Below the pieces are notes generated by a model that was not told the DNA's origin, ran no database searches, and saw only the letters and a list, made by a program, of their open reading frames with translations. From an uncultured Hormoscilla sp. (GTDB lineage Bacteria; Cyanobacteriota; Cyanobacteriia; Cyanobacteriales; Desertifilaceae): a DNA stretch of 64,000 nucleotides. The stretch lies in the NCBI GenBank assembly GCA_963921275.4, contig OZ001293.3:3008001-3072000 (forward strand), given 5' to 3'. Below, one piece after another: positions 1-11,800 of this stretch; the first letter of the stretch is position 1, and each line of letters opens with the position of its first letter. The position numbers and the translations under genes are program-made.

Positions 1-1261
1 GAAACATGCACAACGCCAACCACAAGATATGGCTACTATGGAAGTGCATCGCAATGAGCGCGAGGGGAATAAAACCCACAAGATTACCAGCTATTGTACT
101 ATTCCGCAGCACCTTGGATTCCGTCAAACCTAACCAATAGCCTCGCAGAATATTAAAGAGGGAATTAAACACTGTAAACGGCACCAGCCAGATTAAGTAA
201 ACTCCCATCCCATCGAGAATCTCAAGGTGATCTGTGAGTAAGCCAAACAGTGAATGGGGGAATAAAATAAAAGGGCAAATTGCCCCTAACCCAAGACAAA
301 TGCTTGTTGCTCCAGATATCCGCAGTAGCCAAGGAAGTTTTTGGGTTAAGTTTCTACCCTGAAAGTTACCAGCTAGGGTTTCTGTCGCACAGGATAGTCC
401 ATCAGTCAGCAGGCTTGCAATTAGCATGACTTGAAATAATAGGGAGTTAATGGCCACAACTTCTGTCCCTAAAGAAGCACTTAAGTCAGTAAAGATAATT
501 AAAGTCAACTGACTTGCCACTATGCGCAAAGTAATATCTCCATTAAGTTGGAGCATGGTTTTAATTTTTTCTCGCTCGAAGGTTTGACTCGCAATAGTCC
601 ATAACTGAGGCAATAAACCTGAGAATACAATGTAACCCAGCCCACCCAGAAGCATTAAATATTGGCTAATCGCAGTGGCAGCACCCACACCCGTACTCGC
701 CCAGTGCAAATGAAAGAGAAAAAAATAGTCCAATATAATATTACTGACACAATTGATTGCAAAAAGAATCAAAACCTCAATGCTTTTCCCTCGCCCTAGT
801 AACCATCCGAGCAAGCTAAAGTTTAGCAAAACAGCTGGCGCTCCTAAAATTCTGGCGAAGAAGTAATCGCTCCCGGCCATTTTTACTTCCGAGGTGGTAT
901 GAAGCAGCGCAAAGCCTAAATATTGTAGTGGATATTGTAGTAAAATCAGCAGAAAACCCAATATCAGTGCGATCGATGAACTCCGCAATAAAAGTAGCAA
1001 AACTTCTGCTCGATCTGCGCGACCCTCAGCCTGTGCTGTAGGTCCAGTCGTTCCCATCCGTAGAAACCCACAAGTTGCATAAATGAAATTCAAAATTACA
1101 CTGGCAACGGCAACGCCAGCAAGATAACTAATGTCTCTGAGATGTCCCAAAAAAGCAGTGTCTACCAATCCCGCGATCGGCACCGCCATACCGGATAAAA
1201 TATTTAAAATTGACAGCTTGAAAAAACGGGATAGCGAATTTTCAGGTATATCCTCAGTCAT
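1..1261 (-). CDS. MATE family efflux transporter (DinF-like); 3' end lies outside the window
   Basis: Manual translation from ATG at 1261: MTEDIPENSLSRFFKLSILNILSGMAVPIAGLVDTAFLGHL...FLRMGTTG. Multi-TM hydrophobic; no stop in the segments read, and the frame runs off the window edge. Confidence 0.85.
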   Translation of the reverse strand, partial: MTEDIPENSLSRFFKLSILNILSGMAVPIAGLVDTAFLGHLRDISYLAGVAVASVILNFIYATCGFLRMGTTGPTAQAEGRADRAEVLLLLLRSSSIALILGFLLILLQYPLQYLGFALLHTTSEVKMAGSDYFFARILGAPAVLLNFSLLGWLLGRGKSIEVLILFAINCVSNIILDYFFLFHLHWASTGVGAATAISQYLMLLGGLGYIVFSGLLPQLWTIASQTFEREKIKTMLQLNGDITLRIVASQLTLIIFTDLSASLGTEVVAINSLLFQVMLIASLLTDGLSCATETLAGNFQGRNLTQKLPWLLRISGATSICLGLGAICPFILFPHSLFGLLTDHLEILDGMGVYLIWLVPFTVFNSLFNILRGYWLGLTESKVLRNSTIAGNLVGFIPLALIAMHFHSSHILWLALCMF

Positions 1262-1326
1262 TGAATCTCTCCTAACTTCTAGTTAAAACCATTCCCAATT
1301 TTCTATCCAGCTTGACGCTAATAGCC

Positions 1327-2333
1327 CTAGAGATATTTAATTTGAGTGAGTTGAAAGGAATTTAAGAGTTCTAAAACAAACTCAATGCAATCGAACAATA
1401 TTTCATGGTGTTTTTCTCCCAAAATAACTAGGTTTCTGTTTTGGGGATAAGCCCAACGTTCCATATGGGCAATACTGAATCCTGCCTGTTTTTGCTCTTC
1501 TAACGGTACTTTTCTCAGGGCATCCCATAACACAATACTAGGCTTCTCTAGAGCAGTCGCAATGTGAGATGGTCCGGTATCGAAACCAATATAGATGTCG
1601 CTAGCCCAGATCAAAGCGAGCATCTGGCGAACGGTTGTTTTGGGAGCAAACACGGGCAAGGGCTTCCGATGGAATTTGTTATGACCAATCTGGAGGAAAC
1701 TAACTTGCTGTTTGAGTGTTTCAACCAACAGTAACCATTTATCCAGATACCAGGGAGATTCAGGCAGACTGGAAGATGTGCCATAGGGACATAAACAGAT
1801 GACAAGACGCTTGAGATCCCTGAGCGATCGCAATCCCCACTGCATTTCCTCAAACGAAAGAAACAGAGAACCGCGCAACTGCCGAGGACGGAGATTGTAG
1901 GGAGCGCAGAGATTGATAATTTCATGTCGGGATTGGCAGAAGTTATCGAACTCAGGATTAATGGCGTTCATAATAGCTGGATCTAGCTTATTGGCATCAA
2001 TAATTTCCTCAACATAAGGATTGTTTTGCCAAATGATAGTATTCCAATCCTCTCCTGGGTCGTCTGGCTCCTTAGGGTTCTTGATAATGTCAGAAGCGCA
2101 GAGGATTTTGACCGGACTCCCTTTTTGTAAAGCAAATTCTTCAACCAAGCGAGTGTAACAAACCAAACTGCCGAGAGCCAACCAAACCGGCCTCAATCTG
2201 CCTTTTTTGGTCTCGACCTCTATCGACTGCATCGGTTTAATCGCGATTCCTTCGGCTTTGTTGTCGGCCAAGGGTGGCAGGCCGAGCAACTCGGGAATTG
2301 TCGAATCGAAGCCGATGGGGTAGGGGGGGACTG
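1327..2333 (-). CDS. Glycosyltransferase family 9 (heptosyltransferase-like); 5' end disrupted or uncertain
   Basis: NNPYVEEI and IGFDTGPSHIATALEKPSIVLW motifs. The first ~24 codons of the tracked ORF fall inside the MITE at 2334-2489. Confidence 0.7.
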
Positions 2334-2489
2334 GGGAGCATCTCAATTTTGCCACTATATAAATTGTCCCCTTCGTAACGCAGTGCCGATTCTTGGGCGG
2401 TTTCAAACTCTATTATCGCCCAAGCGATTCTCCTACGGAGACGCTTTCGCGATCGGCACTGCGTTACAAGGCAAAACTGAGATGCTCCC
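2334..2489. mobile_element. 156-bp MITE, TIR GGGAGCATCTCA/TGAGATGCTCCC
   Basis: 12-bp terminal inverted repeats flanked by the 8-bp direct repeat GGGGACTG (2326-2333, 2490-2497). The same TIR motif recurs near 42045. Confidence 0.75.
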
Positions 2490-2630
2490 GGGGACTGCCC
2501 CTACAAATACTGGAACTGTTTAAACGGATTTGATATCAAAACTCAAAACTTAAAACTCTACCATTCCAAATTTTAAATTTTAAATTACCTATTTTAAATT
2601 ATCCATTCCAAATTTTAAATTTTAAATTAC

Positions 2631-4496
2631 CTATTTTCCATTCCCCATACTGGCGATAAGCACGGAAATTCCCGATCGCATCTTGATTTGTTGCCTGAAG
2701 CGCAAGCCCACCGAGCGCAATAAATCCTGAAATTGGGGCAGAGTTCGCTCGCAACCGCCGGTTATTACTAGCATATTTAAGTCCAGCAAACCGCAGTCAG
2801 GCACGCTAGGTTCCAGGACTCTTTCTAGGATGTAGAGCCGACCCTTTGGGGTCAGGGCTTGTTTGGCTCGTTGCAGAATTATTTTTGCTTGCGGGTCTGA
2901 CCAGTCGTGCAGTACCCGAGCTAGGATGACAGCATCGGCCAGGGTTGACCAAGATGCAAACAAATCTGCTCCCACAATTTGCACCCGCGTAGCAAGATTT
3001 TCTGGGACGCGGACATTGGCGATCGCCTCCGGTCTGTCTAGCAAAATTCCAGTCGAGCGAGGCGAGGCTTGCAAAACCATCCAGAGCAATTCTCCCGTAC
3101 CGCCTCCGGCATCCAGGACTGTTGCGCGATCGGACCGCGGACGGTCCGAAAAATCGGAAAAGTCGATTGCTTCCGTAATAGCAGAGTAATCGTGGTGGGC
3201 ATAAGTTAATAGAGCTTGGTGATAGGTTTTTAATTTCTCTGGCTCTTGCCCGTACCAATCAAAGAACGGCAGGCCAAACTGGGTATCGAATGCGGGTTTG
3301 CCCTCGCGCAGAGCAGCCGCTAAGCTCGCCCACGCTGCATAATGTTCGCTCCCCCAAAGCACTGCTGCAGATGCCATTGATAAGGGATGATTTGTCGCTA
3401 GCAAGGCACCGCGATCGCTCGTTTGCCAGAAATTCGCGCCCCTTGGAGAAACCCTGGGAAAAACCAAGCCCAATTCGTGGAGCGCTCGCAGCAGTCGCTC
3501 CCCCATCCCCGAAGCAAGTCCCAGTTTTTGTTCCATTGCCGAGCTAGTAGCTGGGAGAGCATCGAATACGCCCAATTTTACCGCAGCAAAAATTGTCTGC
3601 GATCGCCAATATCCCACCATATCTGCCGATAGCTCTTGGAGCGCGTCTCCTTCTGGCGAAGTAATTTCTAGCGAGGGTGGCGAGGGTGGCGAGGTAATTT
3701 CTGGCGAGGTAATTTCTGGCGAGGGTGGCGAAGTAATTTCTGGCGAGCGTGGCGAGGGTGGCGAGGTAATTTCTGGCGAGCGCAGTTGCACTATTGTTTT
3801 TCCCGCCTCATCGATAACCAGCAATGCTCCGTCAAAGTCTTCTACGCGAGCCTGCCCGTTATAGAACGGTTCTACGGCGGCAAACCGTCGTCCATAAGCG
3901 GATTCTCCTTGGAGATTGATATGATGCCAGCCGCGATCGTCGCGAGCCCGTGCAAATCCTTTATGAAATACATCCAAATCCCGGAAGCATCGCTGATGTT
4001 GCGGCCGACCGTCTAAAGTAATATGCGCGTGCAGCCCATCTTCTCGTTGAACGACTGCTATTCCTTCTCGGTAATCTCCTACATATCGATAGCCAATATT
4101 TCCAGATTCGTAAGCCTTAGTGCCATCGGGTCGGATGTGGAAATATTGGCCGTCCCAGGTGCGAACTGCAGAGCGTCCTTCCTGAAAATTGCCGCACCAA
4201 TCATAGCGATCTGGGTAGAGGGGTTGGCCATTTTCTAGAATGTGAAACCAACCTCCAAGCGAACAAACGGCGGCACGTCTTTCGTAAAATCCAAAAGTCC
4301 TGAGATAGTGGTTTGAATAAGCGGGAGACCCATCCGCTAAAATATGATAGGCTCCCGACGAGTCTCTAACTGGCGCTAGACCCGGAGCGTGAAACTTGAG
4401 AACTTCTTCAAAGCGAGCCGAGTAAGCAGGGCGACCTTGGAAAAGGTGATGCGATCGCTCTGGTGATATTGTGAATTCTTGCCAGGGTTGTTTCAT
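2631..4496 (-). CDS. WG-repeat-like N-terminal domain fused to a SAM-dependent O-methyltransferase
   Basis: Repeated F(H/Y)EG.A.V....W.HI...G units, an ITSPPSPE linker, then a dimerisation region and VLDAGGGTG / LARVLHDW motifs. Confidence 0.8.
   Translation of the reverse strand: MKQPWQEFTISPERSHHLFQGRPAYSARFEEVLKFHAPGLAPVRDSSGAYHILADGSPAYSNHYLRTFGFYERRAAVCSLGGWFHILENGQPLYPDRYDWCGNFQEGRSAVRTWDGQYFHIRPDGTKAYESGNIGYRYVGDYREGIAVVQREDGLHAHITLDGRPQHQRCFRDLDVFHKGFARARDDRGWHHINLQGESAYGRRFAAVEPFYNGQARVEDFDGALLVIDEAGKTIVQLRSPEITSPPSPRSPEITSPPSPEITSPEITSPPSPPSLEITSPEGDALQELSADMVGYWRSQTIFAAVKLGVFDALPATSSAMEQKLGLASGMGERLLRALHELGLVFPRVSPRGANFWQTSDRGALLATNHPLSMASAAVLWGSEHYAAWASLAAALREGKPAFDTQFGLPFFDWYGQEPEKLKTYHQALLTYAHHDYSAITEAIDFSDFSDRPRSDRATVLDAGGGTGELLWMVLQASPRSTGILLDRPEAIANVRVPENLATRVQIVGADLFASWSTLADAVILARVLHDWSDPQAKIILQRAKQALTPKGRLYILERVLEPSVPDCGLLDLNMLVITGGCERTLPQFQDLLRSVGLRFRQQIKMRSGISVLIASMGNGK
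3654..3781. repeat. Coding minisatellite (GGCGAGGGT / GGCGAGGTAATTTCT units) encoding a Ser/Pro-rich linker
   Basis: Direct tandem units translate to SPEITSPPSP repeats. Confidence 0.85.
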
Positions 4497-4499
4497 TTT

Positions 4500-4586
4500 G
4501 GGGAATTGGTAATTGGGCATTGGGCATTTGGAATGGGGAATTGGGCATTGGGCATGGGAAATTCCCTATTCCCTATTCCCCATTCC
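4500..4586. repeat. Heptamer STRR tract (TTGGGCA/TTCCCTA type)
   Basis: 7-bp tandem units typical of filamentous cyanobacteria. Confidence 0.75.
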
Positions 4587-7056
4587 GCATATTACAACCT
4601 TGACACAGAGAGTGATTTTGATAGGTCGAGCAAAGCTGTTGGTATGCTTGGCTCTGCCAGATTTGCCAAATACTCTGGGAGTTGAGGTTGCCAAATTCCC
4701 CCAGAGTGCGGCGCAGGGCATCTGGGGCGCAGCAGGGGTTGAATCGTCCTTCGGCGCTAACCCAAGCTTCCCGACCTAGAAAGGGACAAACCGCATCGGG
4801 AGCGATTTCTTGAGGCTCGTTCGGGTCAAGGGCAAAGATGTTTTCTAAAAGTACCCGTTCTCCATTGGGCTTGCGGTATCGTTCGGCGGCTGTTTGGGCA
4901 GCAGCAACTGCTTGATTCCAGCGCGCGATCGCCTCCGTACTGCGTCGCATAGATAAGGACTTAATCTCGTCAAAATGCGCCCAGAGGTGGTGTCCTTCAC
5001 TCGGTCAACCCCCAAGGAAGCCGCCAGCTTGACAATTTCCGCCAGTTCCTCCAGGTTTGTTTCTAGAAAAGTTAGTTGGAAAGTTACCCGACACCAATTG
5101 CCCCCAGACTCGGCATGGCGATCGCGCACGGTAATAAACTCTTTGACATTCTCTAGCACCCGCTCCCATCGCGTCCCCAGTATAATCGATTCTTGAGTTT
5201 CTTTACTCGCTCCGTTCCAAGATATTTTCACGTCCGAGGTCACGGGCACAATTTTTTCCGCCCACGCTTTGGCTCCGCGTCTGGGAAAAGTGCCATTGGT
5301 AGTTAGGTTTAGCTTCACCCCGTATTTTTGGCACAGGTCGAGAATCTCCTCAAAATGCTGGTACAGCAGCGGTTCTCCCATTGTCGAAGGGATAATTTCT
5401 CGCAACGGCGTTCCCGCCGACTCCGCCATAATTTTGCGGATTAGCTCGATATCCATGCGCCGGCGAGGTTTCCCAGCCGCTCGCCGCTGTTGCTGTAACG
5501 AGCTGTAGGGGGAATGTTCCTCGCACATAATGCAGTGCAAGTTACAGTCATCGGGATTCGTATCGAACGTAATCCGCCACGGCCCGGGTTTGTTGGCTGT
5601 TCCTGTAAGGGTTGTATTTTTGTCAGTTATGCCCAATCCGGTTTCATAAGAACCTAATTTTTCTAGTTCGCCCAAGCGGGCGCACTCTACCGCAACGGGC
5701 AAGGCGTTTCCGCCAATAGGGTGACGGCTTACCCGCGTATCCACCGGATTTGATATCGCTCGGGCATCAATCGCTCGGCCATAGAGTTGCTCGATTTCTA
5801 GAACGCGATCGCTAATACTGGGAACGTTCCCATCCGCAGACTGTAAATAACCGCGCATTCCCAGTTTCCGAGCCAATTGAGGATCGTCTGCCAAGCGCTG
5901 CATTTGCGCGGCTAAAGATAACGGGTCGCGGTGGTTAAAGAGCAGCCCATTAATAGAGTCCCGGACGTATTCTGCCATGCCCCCATAATTGGCGGCGATA
6001 ACTGGCACGCGGACTTGCAAGGCTTCGTGAATAACCAAAGGCGAGTTTTCCCCCCAGATAGACGGCACGACAATAGCGTCGCATTTGTTAAAAACTGCAG
6101 GGACAATATCTGAGTTTTGGTATTCTCCCATCCATTCGATGCGCTTTTGTACCTCGAAAGGCAGCTCTTTCTCTAGAGCCATAAGTGCTTTGGTTTCCAT
6201 CCGGTGCCGCCCCCAAATTCTCAGGCGAGGATTGCCCCCGAGCTGTCCGAAAGCTTGGATTAAATGGTGTACGCCTTTGGCGGGGATGTGAGTGCCGATA
6301 TAACCAAAGGTGAAAGGTTCCCCAGCCAGCCGGCGACGATTTGCTAGGCGATCGCGGTCAAAGCCATAGTCCAAATAAACCAGTTTTTCCGGTTCCAGAC
6401 CAAATTCCGAGCGGAATCTTTCTAAAAGATATCGGGAAGGAGCAATAAATAAACTTACTGCCTCGCAGATTTCGCGTATATGCGCCATGCGCCGGCTTAC
6501 CCAGTCCGTCCAGTAGGCGATATCGGTTTCTGCTTCCGCCGGAGCGCCGCTAAAATACCTGCAGTAGCATCGTTCGGCGCATTTTCGGTCTGCTTGGCCG
6601 TCGCAAAGCGCCCAAACGTCCCTTGGTTTTTCTGGAGAGAGTTGAATAAATTGACCCCGAGGACACATCAGCCAAAAGTCATGCAACGTGAAAACCATTG
6701 GCACTTGGCGCTGCTTGGCTTCTAGCACTATTGAAGTGGAAAGGTGATTGAGGTGATGGATATGGACGATATCCGGTTGGATGCGATCGAGCAGCGCCCC
6801 AAAGTAGCGATCTACATTCTGGGTCGCGGTAGCGATCGCGCCCTCTCGCTAAGTTAATCGAGTAGAGTTTTACCCGCTCGTCCCTTGAATCGGTCTTTTC
6901 ACAGGTCGTATAGTCTGGGAGAAACGTATTTTCTTGTCGAGTCAGTACGTCAACTTCGTGTCTATCGGCCAAGGCCCGCGCCAATCCTTGGACTGAGACT
7001 TCCGAGCCCGCGTTGTAGTCGGGGGGATATCCGTGGATGACCAGTAGGATTTTCAT
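4573..7056 (-). pseudogene. GT4 glycosyltransferase fused to a radical SAM/SPASM domain; two frameshifts (~6820 and ~4995)
   Basis: MKILLVIHGYPP start, TLHDFW and PSIWGENSPLVIHEA (GT4), CNLHCIMC (rSAM), and CPF...PCC...CQGC (SPASM) spread over three overlapping ORFs. Confidence 0.8.
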
Positions 7057-7093
7057 CTGAAATCTCTCTTGCTTCGCCATTGTCTGCCAATTA

Positions 7094-7198
7094 TATAGCA
7101 GGGAACGGGGAACAGGGAACGGGAAACAAGAAAAGTCCGTTCTTGTCTGGGGCAAGACAATTATTCGCGAGTCCGCGCCCTACCTGGCAACTGCTATA
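7094..7198. mobile_element. 105-bp MITE-like repeat (TATAGCAG...CTGCTATA), copy 1
   Basis: Short TIRs; near-identical to 8323-8427. Confidence 0.7.
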
Positions 7199-7323
7199 TC
7201 AAATCCGGTTAAATACTTAGACAAAAGATTTGGAACCTCCCGTAGGACAGGCTTCCGAGAAGTCCCAACAAGCGTATACGGACAGGCGTCCCGCCTGTCC
7301 TACGGGAAGCTCGATTCGTATTA

Positions 7324-8306
7324 ACGTGAGTTCGACGAAACTAGAAAATGGCAGGAGGTAGTGCTGGTAAGCCTTTGACCTCCAGAACGAGGCGAGGTTT
7401 TTTATCGGCGTCGGTGTAGGCCACCAAGCCAGCCAGCAGGTTGACCAAGAAGTTGAAGACACTCCGGTGGCGAGAATGCTCGATTTGACAGATGTTCTTG
7501 AGTTGGTCGTTGACCGATTCAATGACGGCCCGCTTCCGGAGCTGGATTTTATCGCTCGTTTTCATCAAGCGATTTTTCATATTTCGCTTCGATTTAGCAA
7601 TTTGAGACCTTGTTCGTATAATTTCTCGAATAGGTCTCTCAAGACATATCCCCGGTCTCCAAACAGTTTTCCAAACAAGTCTTGAGCCATCTCTGGTACA
7701 GGTTTACGGTCGTCAGTGTTGGCTGGCGTGAGCTTGAAGGCTAGTAACTCTCCGCGCTCGTTGATAATCAAATGCAATTTAAATCCGAAATGCCAGCCAG
7801 TTGAGCTTTTCCCCCAGTGGACTAGCCCTTTGAACACCTTATGGTTATGAGCACGACGAGGGTGACAAACTTCTATGGGTGTAGAATCAACAAAGGAAAT
7901 GCCTGTAACTTCTCCTTTTCGAGTATGAAGAAAACAACTTCATAGCATTAGACACCACGGCATCAATTCCACAAAGCGATTATAGCTGACCAAGACAGGG
8001 TGTAAAACTCTTTGAACGTACGGAAGCCCGAGCCATGAAAAGCGATGGCAATCGTCATAATTTCTGAGAGGCTCATGCGCGAACGACAGCATCGTTCCCC
8101 AGGCATGGAGGGCAGTTGCGGTTGTTCTTCCCAGTGGCGCACCGTTCCGGAAAAATCGAACATTTGGCAGAAGTCGTCTAGTTCACAGAAGATGCGGGTG
8201 ACATCCAGGCGCGATACAATTTGACTCATGGTGGGTTCAGACTGGGGTGGAATGGTTCAAACCCAGTCTCCGCCTTTTTTTTTTGTCCAGTCCGTCGAAC
8301 TCACGT
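7324..8306 (-). mobile_element. IS982-family insertion sequence with fragmented transposase
   Basis: TIR ACGTGAGTTCGACG and 8-bp TSD TCGTATTA on both sides. Fragments 7963-8229, 7577-7837 and 7341-7580 carry GWHFGFKLH, GDRGY and IESVNDQLK. Confidence 0.9.
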
Positions 8307-8322
8307 TCGTATTATGGGCGAT

Positions 8323-8427
8323 TATAGCAGAGAACAGGGAACAGGGAACGGGGAACAAGAAAAGCCCGTTGTTGTCTGGGGCAAGACAATTATTCGCGAG
8401 TCCGCGCCCTACCTGGCAACTGCTATA
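8323..8427. mobile_element. 105-bp MITE-like repeat, copy 2
   Basis: Near-identical to 7094-7198. Confidence 0.7.
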
Positions 8428-8440
8428 AACGGATTTGATA

Positions 8441-8860
8441 TTACTCCGCGTCAGGAATCGCATCGGGTAATTCATATTCCAAATATCGCAAACGGGGAAA
8501 AAAGTAAGCTACGGATGTCATTAAAATAGTCAAGGCTCCCATGCAAATGAAGAGTAAGCCGATGCCACGACCGGGGCCAGTACCGATCGCCCAACCAATA
8601 CTTCTCGCAACAATACTATCTTGATTCATTAATGGTTCAAAGATGCGATCGGCTAGAGGGCCCGCCGCAAGATAAGAGAGAGGAAGCGTCGCCAAAACCA
8701 CCGATTTGCGAAAGGCAAAAACGCGCCCTTGGACTTCCGGTGCGACCTTGCGCTGGTAGATGGCTTGAATGCTACCGTTAACGACGGGAACGGCCAAGAG
8801 CAAAGAAAAATTGGCAACAGCCAGTAGGATCGCACTCGGGCGAAGACCTGTAACCAGAAC
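8441..8860 (-). pseudogene. MFS transporter C-terminal fragment
   Basis: VLVTGLRPS...QRKVAPEVQGRVFA...GPLADRIFEP...GPGRGIGLLF. It begins in frame directly after the NRPS stop and lacks the N-terminal half. Confidence 0.75.
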
Positions 8861-11800
8861 CTACAGACCAATGGGGGTGAGGGTTAAGCCGGGGAACTCC
8901 CCATAAGTGGGGGCCAGTTCTAGAGCAAACATCACTTGAAATAGGGGACTGTAACTGGGGGAACGTTCCGGTTGCACAGCCTCTACTACTTTGTCAAAGG
9001 GAATATCCTGATGGCTGTAAGCATCCAGAGCCACCTGCCGCACCCGAGCGAGCAAATCTTGGAAACTGGCATTGCCTTCGATAGAGTTCGCAGCACCAAA
9101 GTATTTACAAAGAAGCCGATGAGGGATTCGGTCTGATGATTGCGGTTGGCAACGGGAATGCCGATAGGGATATCATCCTGAGAACTGTAGCGCGATAGCA
9201 GGACCGCAAAAGCCCCTAGCAAAGTCATAAACAAAGTGCTTTGGTTGGCCTGGGCCAAGGTTCGCAACTCTTGGGAGAGCGAGGCATCCAGTTGAAAAGG
9301 AACCCGTCCCCCTCGAAAGGTCTGTACTGCCGGACGGGGGCGATCGGTGGGTAAGTTGATGGGGGAGGAAATATCTGCAAGCTGCTGTTTCCAATAGTTG
9401 AGTTGAGTTTCGAGAAGGGATCCTGTTAGCCACTGACGCTGCCACACCGCATAATCGGGGTACTGAATCGGCAGGTCTGGAAGGGGAGAAGGTTGCTCGT
9501 TCGCAAAGGCAGCATAGAGAGTCGAGAGTTCCTGGAACAGCAGTTCCATTGACCAGCCATCCGAAACAATGTGGTGCAGGGTGAGGAAAAAGGCGTAGTT
9601 TTCTGGAGACCATTGCCAGAGGGAAACTCGCATGGGCTCGTCTCGTTCGAGGTCAAAGGGAGTTTGGGCTTCCGCCGTAGCTCGTTCTTGGAGAAACCGC
9701 TGGCGTTCTAATGGGCTATTTTCTATAGTTTGCAGGTTTAATTGAAATTTCTTTACCGGAGCGATCTCTTGGTGAGGAATGCCGTTAACTATTTGAATGC
9801 GAGTTCGCAGAATAGCATGACGGCAAATAATTTCTTGCAGTCCTCGCTCCAGGGCTGCTACATCCAGAAGCCCGGTAATTTCTAGGGCAACGGTAACATT
9901 ATAGGTGGCGTTGGGCGCTTCTTCGAGCCGATTGAGAAACCAAAGGCGAGTTTGGGCAAAGGAGAGGGGAAGGGGTTGCCCTACCGTTCCGGAAAAATCG
10001 GAGGCTGCCGGAATAATATCCGCTTTGGTCGTTTGTTCGCTATTGGCAATCAGAGCAGCAAAATCAGCTACTGTGGGAGATTCAAATAGGCTTCTGACGG
10101 GTAAGTCAACGGCAAATTTTTCTCGCAGTCGAGAGATTACTTTAATTACCAGCAGCGAATGACCTCCCAAAGCAAAAAAGTTATCGTGAATTCCGACTCG
10201 CTCTCGCGCCAAAACTTCGGTTATAATCTTGGCAATAACGGTTTCGGTGGGGGTGCGGGGGGGAACCAACTCGGTTTCCCGCTCTGCTTCGACATCGGGA
10301 AGGGGTAAAGCGCGGCGATCGATTTTGCCATTGGCAGTGAGGGAAAACTCGTCGAGCCAAACGATAGTATTTGGTCGCAGATAATCTGGGAGTTTTTGTT
10401 GCAGAAATTGGTTTAATTCTCCATATTCCCCATTTTCCATTCCCGTCGCATAAGCCACTAACGATTTATCTCCGAGACTATTTTCATGCACTATAACGAG
10501 TGCTTGCTTCACACCGGGATGTTGGCTCAGGACTGCTTCAATTTCCCCAGGCTCGATGCGAAAGCCTCTGATTTTAACTTGGCGATCGCTCCGTCCTAAA
10601 AACTCAATATTGCCATCGGGTAAATAGCGAACTAAGTCTCCGGTTTTGTAGAGGCGATCGCCCTCAACGAAAGGACTGGGTATAAACCGTTACCCATTCA
10701 ATTTGGGACGATTGAGATAGCCTCTGGCCACGCCATCGCCCCCGACGTAGAGTTCTCCTGCCACGCCAATAGGAACCGGCTGCTGTTGGGAGTCTAAAAT
10801 GTAGGCTCGGGTATTGGCAATGGGGCGACCGATGGGAATTGATTCTTTAATTCTCCCAGACCCAAAAAAAGAAGCATCAATTGGGTAACAACAGGTAAAA
10901 GTTGTATTTTCCGTCGGACCGTAACCATTTATAAGCTGACAGCGAGGTAACCCTTGGCGGCACGTCTCTACATGAGTTACCGACAACACATCTCCCCCTG
11001 CCATCAACAAACGCAAAGATTGCAAATCCTCCAACCCTTCATCGATCATTAAATGAAACAATCCGGCAGTCAGCCACAGAATCGTCACCTGATGTTGCCG
11101 CAGAATTTCCCCCAAAGCAGTTAACGACGGTTGCCGTTCGGGGCAGAGAACTAAACGGGCACCATTGAGCAAACTGCCCCAAATTTCCAAGGTCGCTGCA
11201 TCAAAAGAAACCGATGCTAGCTGGAGAAAAACATCATCGGGTTTGAATGAAGCATAATTGGTATTCTTGACGAGCCGCACGATATTCCGGTGAGCGACCG
11301 TAACTCCTTTCGATCGTCCGGTGGAGCCAGAAGTGTACATGACATACGCTAGAGAAGTTGCGGTAGTTGACGCGATCGCATTTTCTGTCGAGTAGCTGGC
11401 TATTTTCCCTTCAGCGGCATCTAAATCGATACAACTGGCAACCCCTGGGAAAAACTTGCTTTTATCCTTCTCAGTCAATATCGTTTCTAGCTGGGCATCT
11501 TCAACCATGAGAGCCAAACGATCGCTTGGATAAGTCGGATCTAGAGGCAGGTGTGATCCACCAGCTTTGAGAATTGCTAAAAGGGCGATGATTAGGTTGG
11601 GCGATCGCTCCAGACAAACTCCCACCAAACTCTCTACCCCAACCCCCACAGCTTGCAAGTAACGAGCGAGTCGATTGGCTTGTTCGTTCAACTCTGAATA
11701 TGTCAGGGTTTGCTCTCCAAATACGAGGGCGATCGCATCGGGAGTATTTTCGACTTGAGTTTCAAAAAGATGGTGAACGCAGGCATGGCGCGGGTAATCC

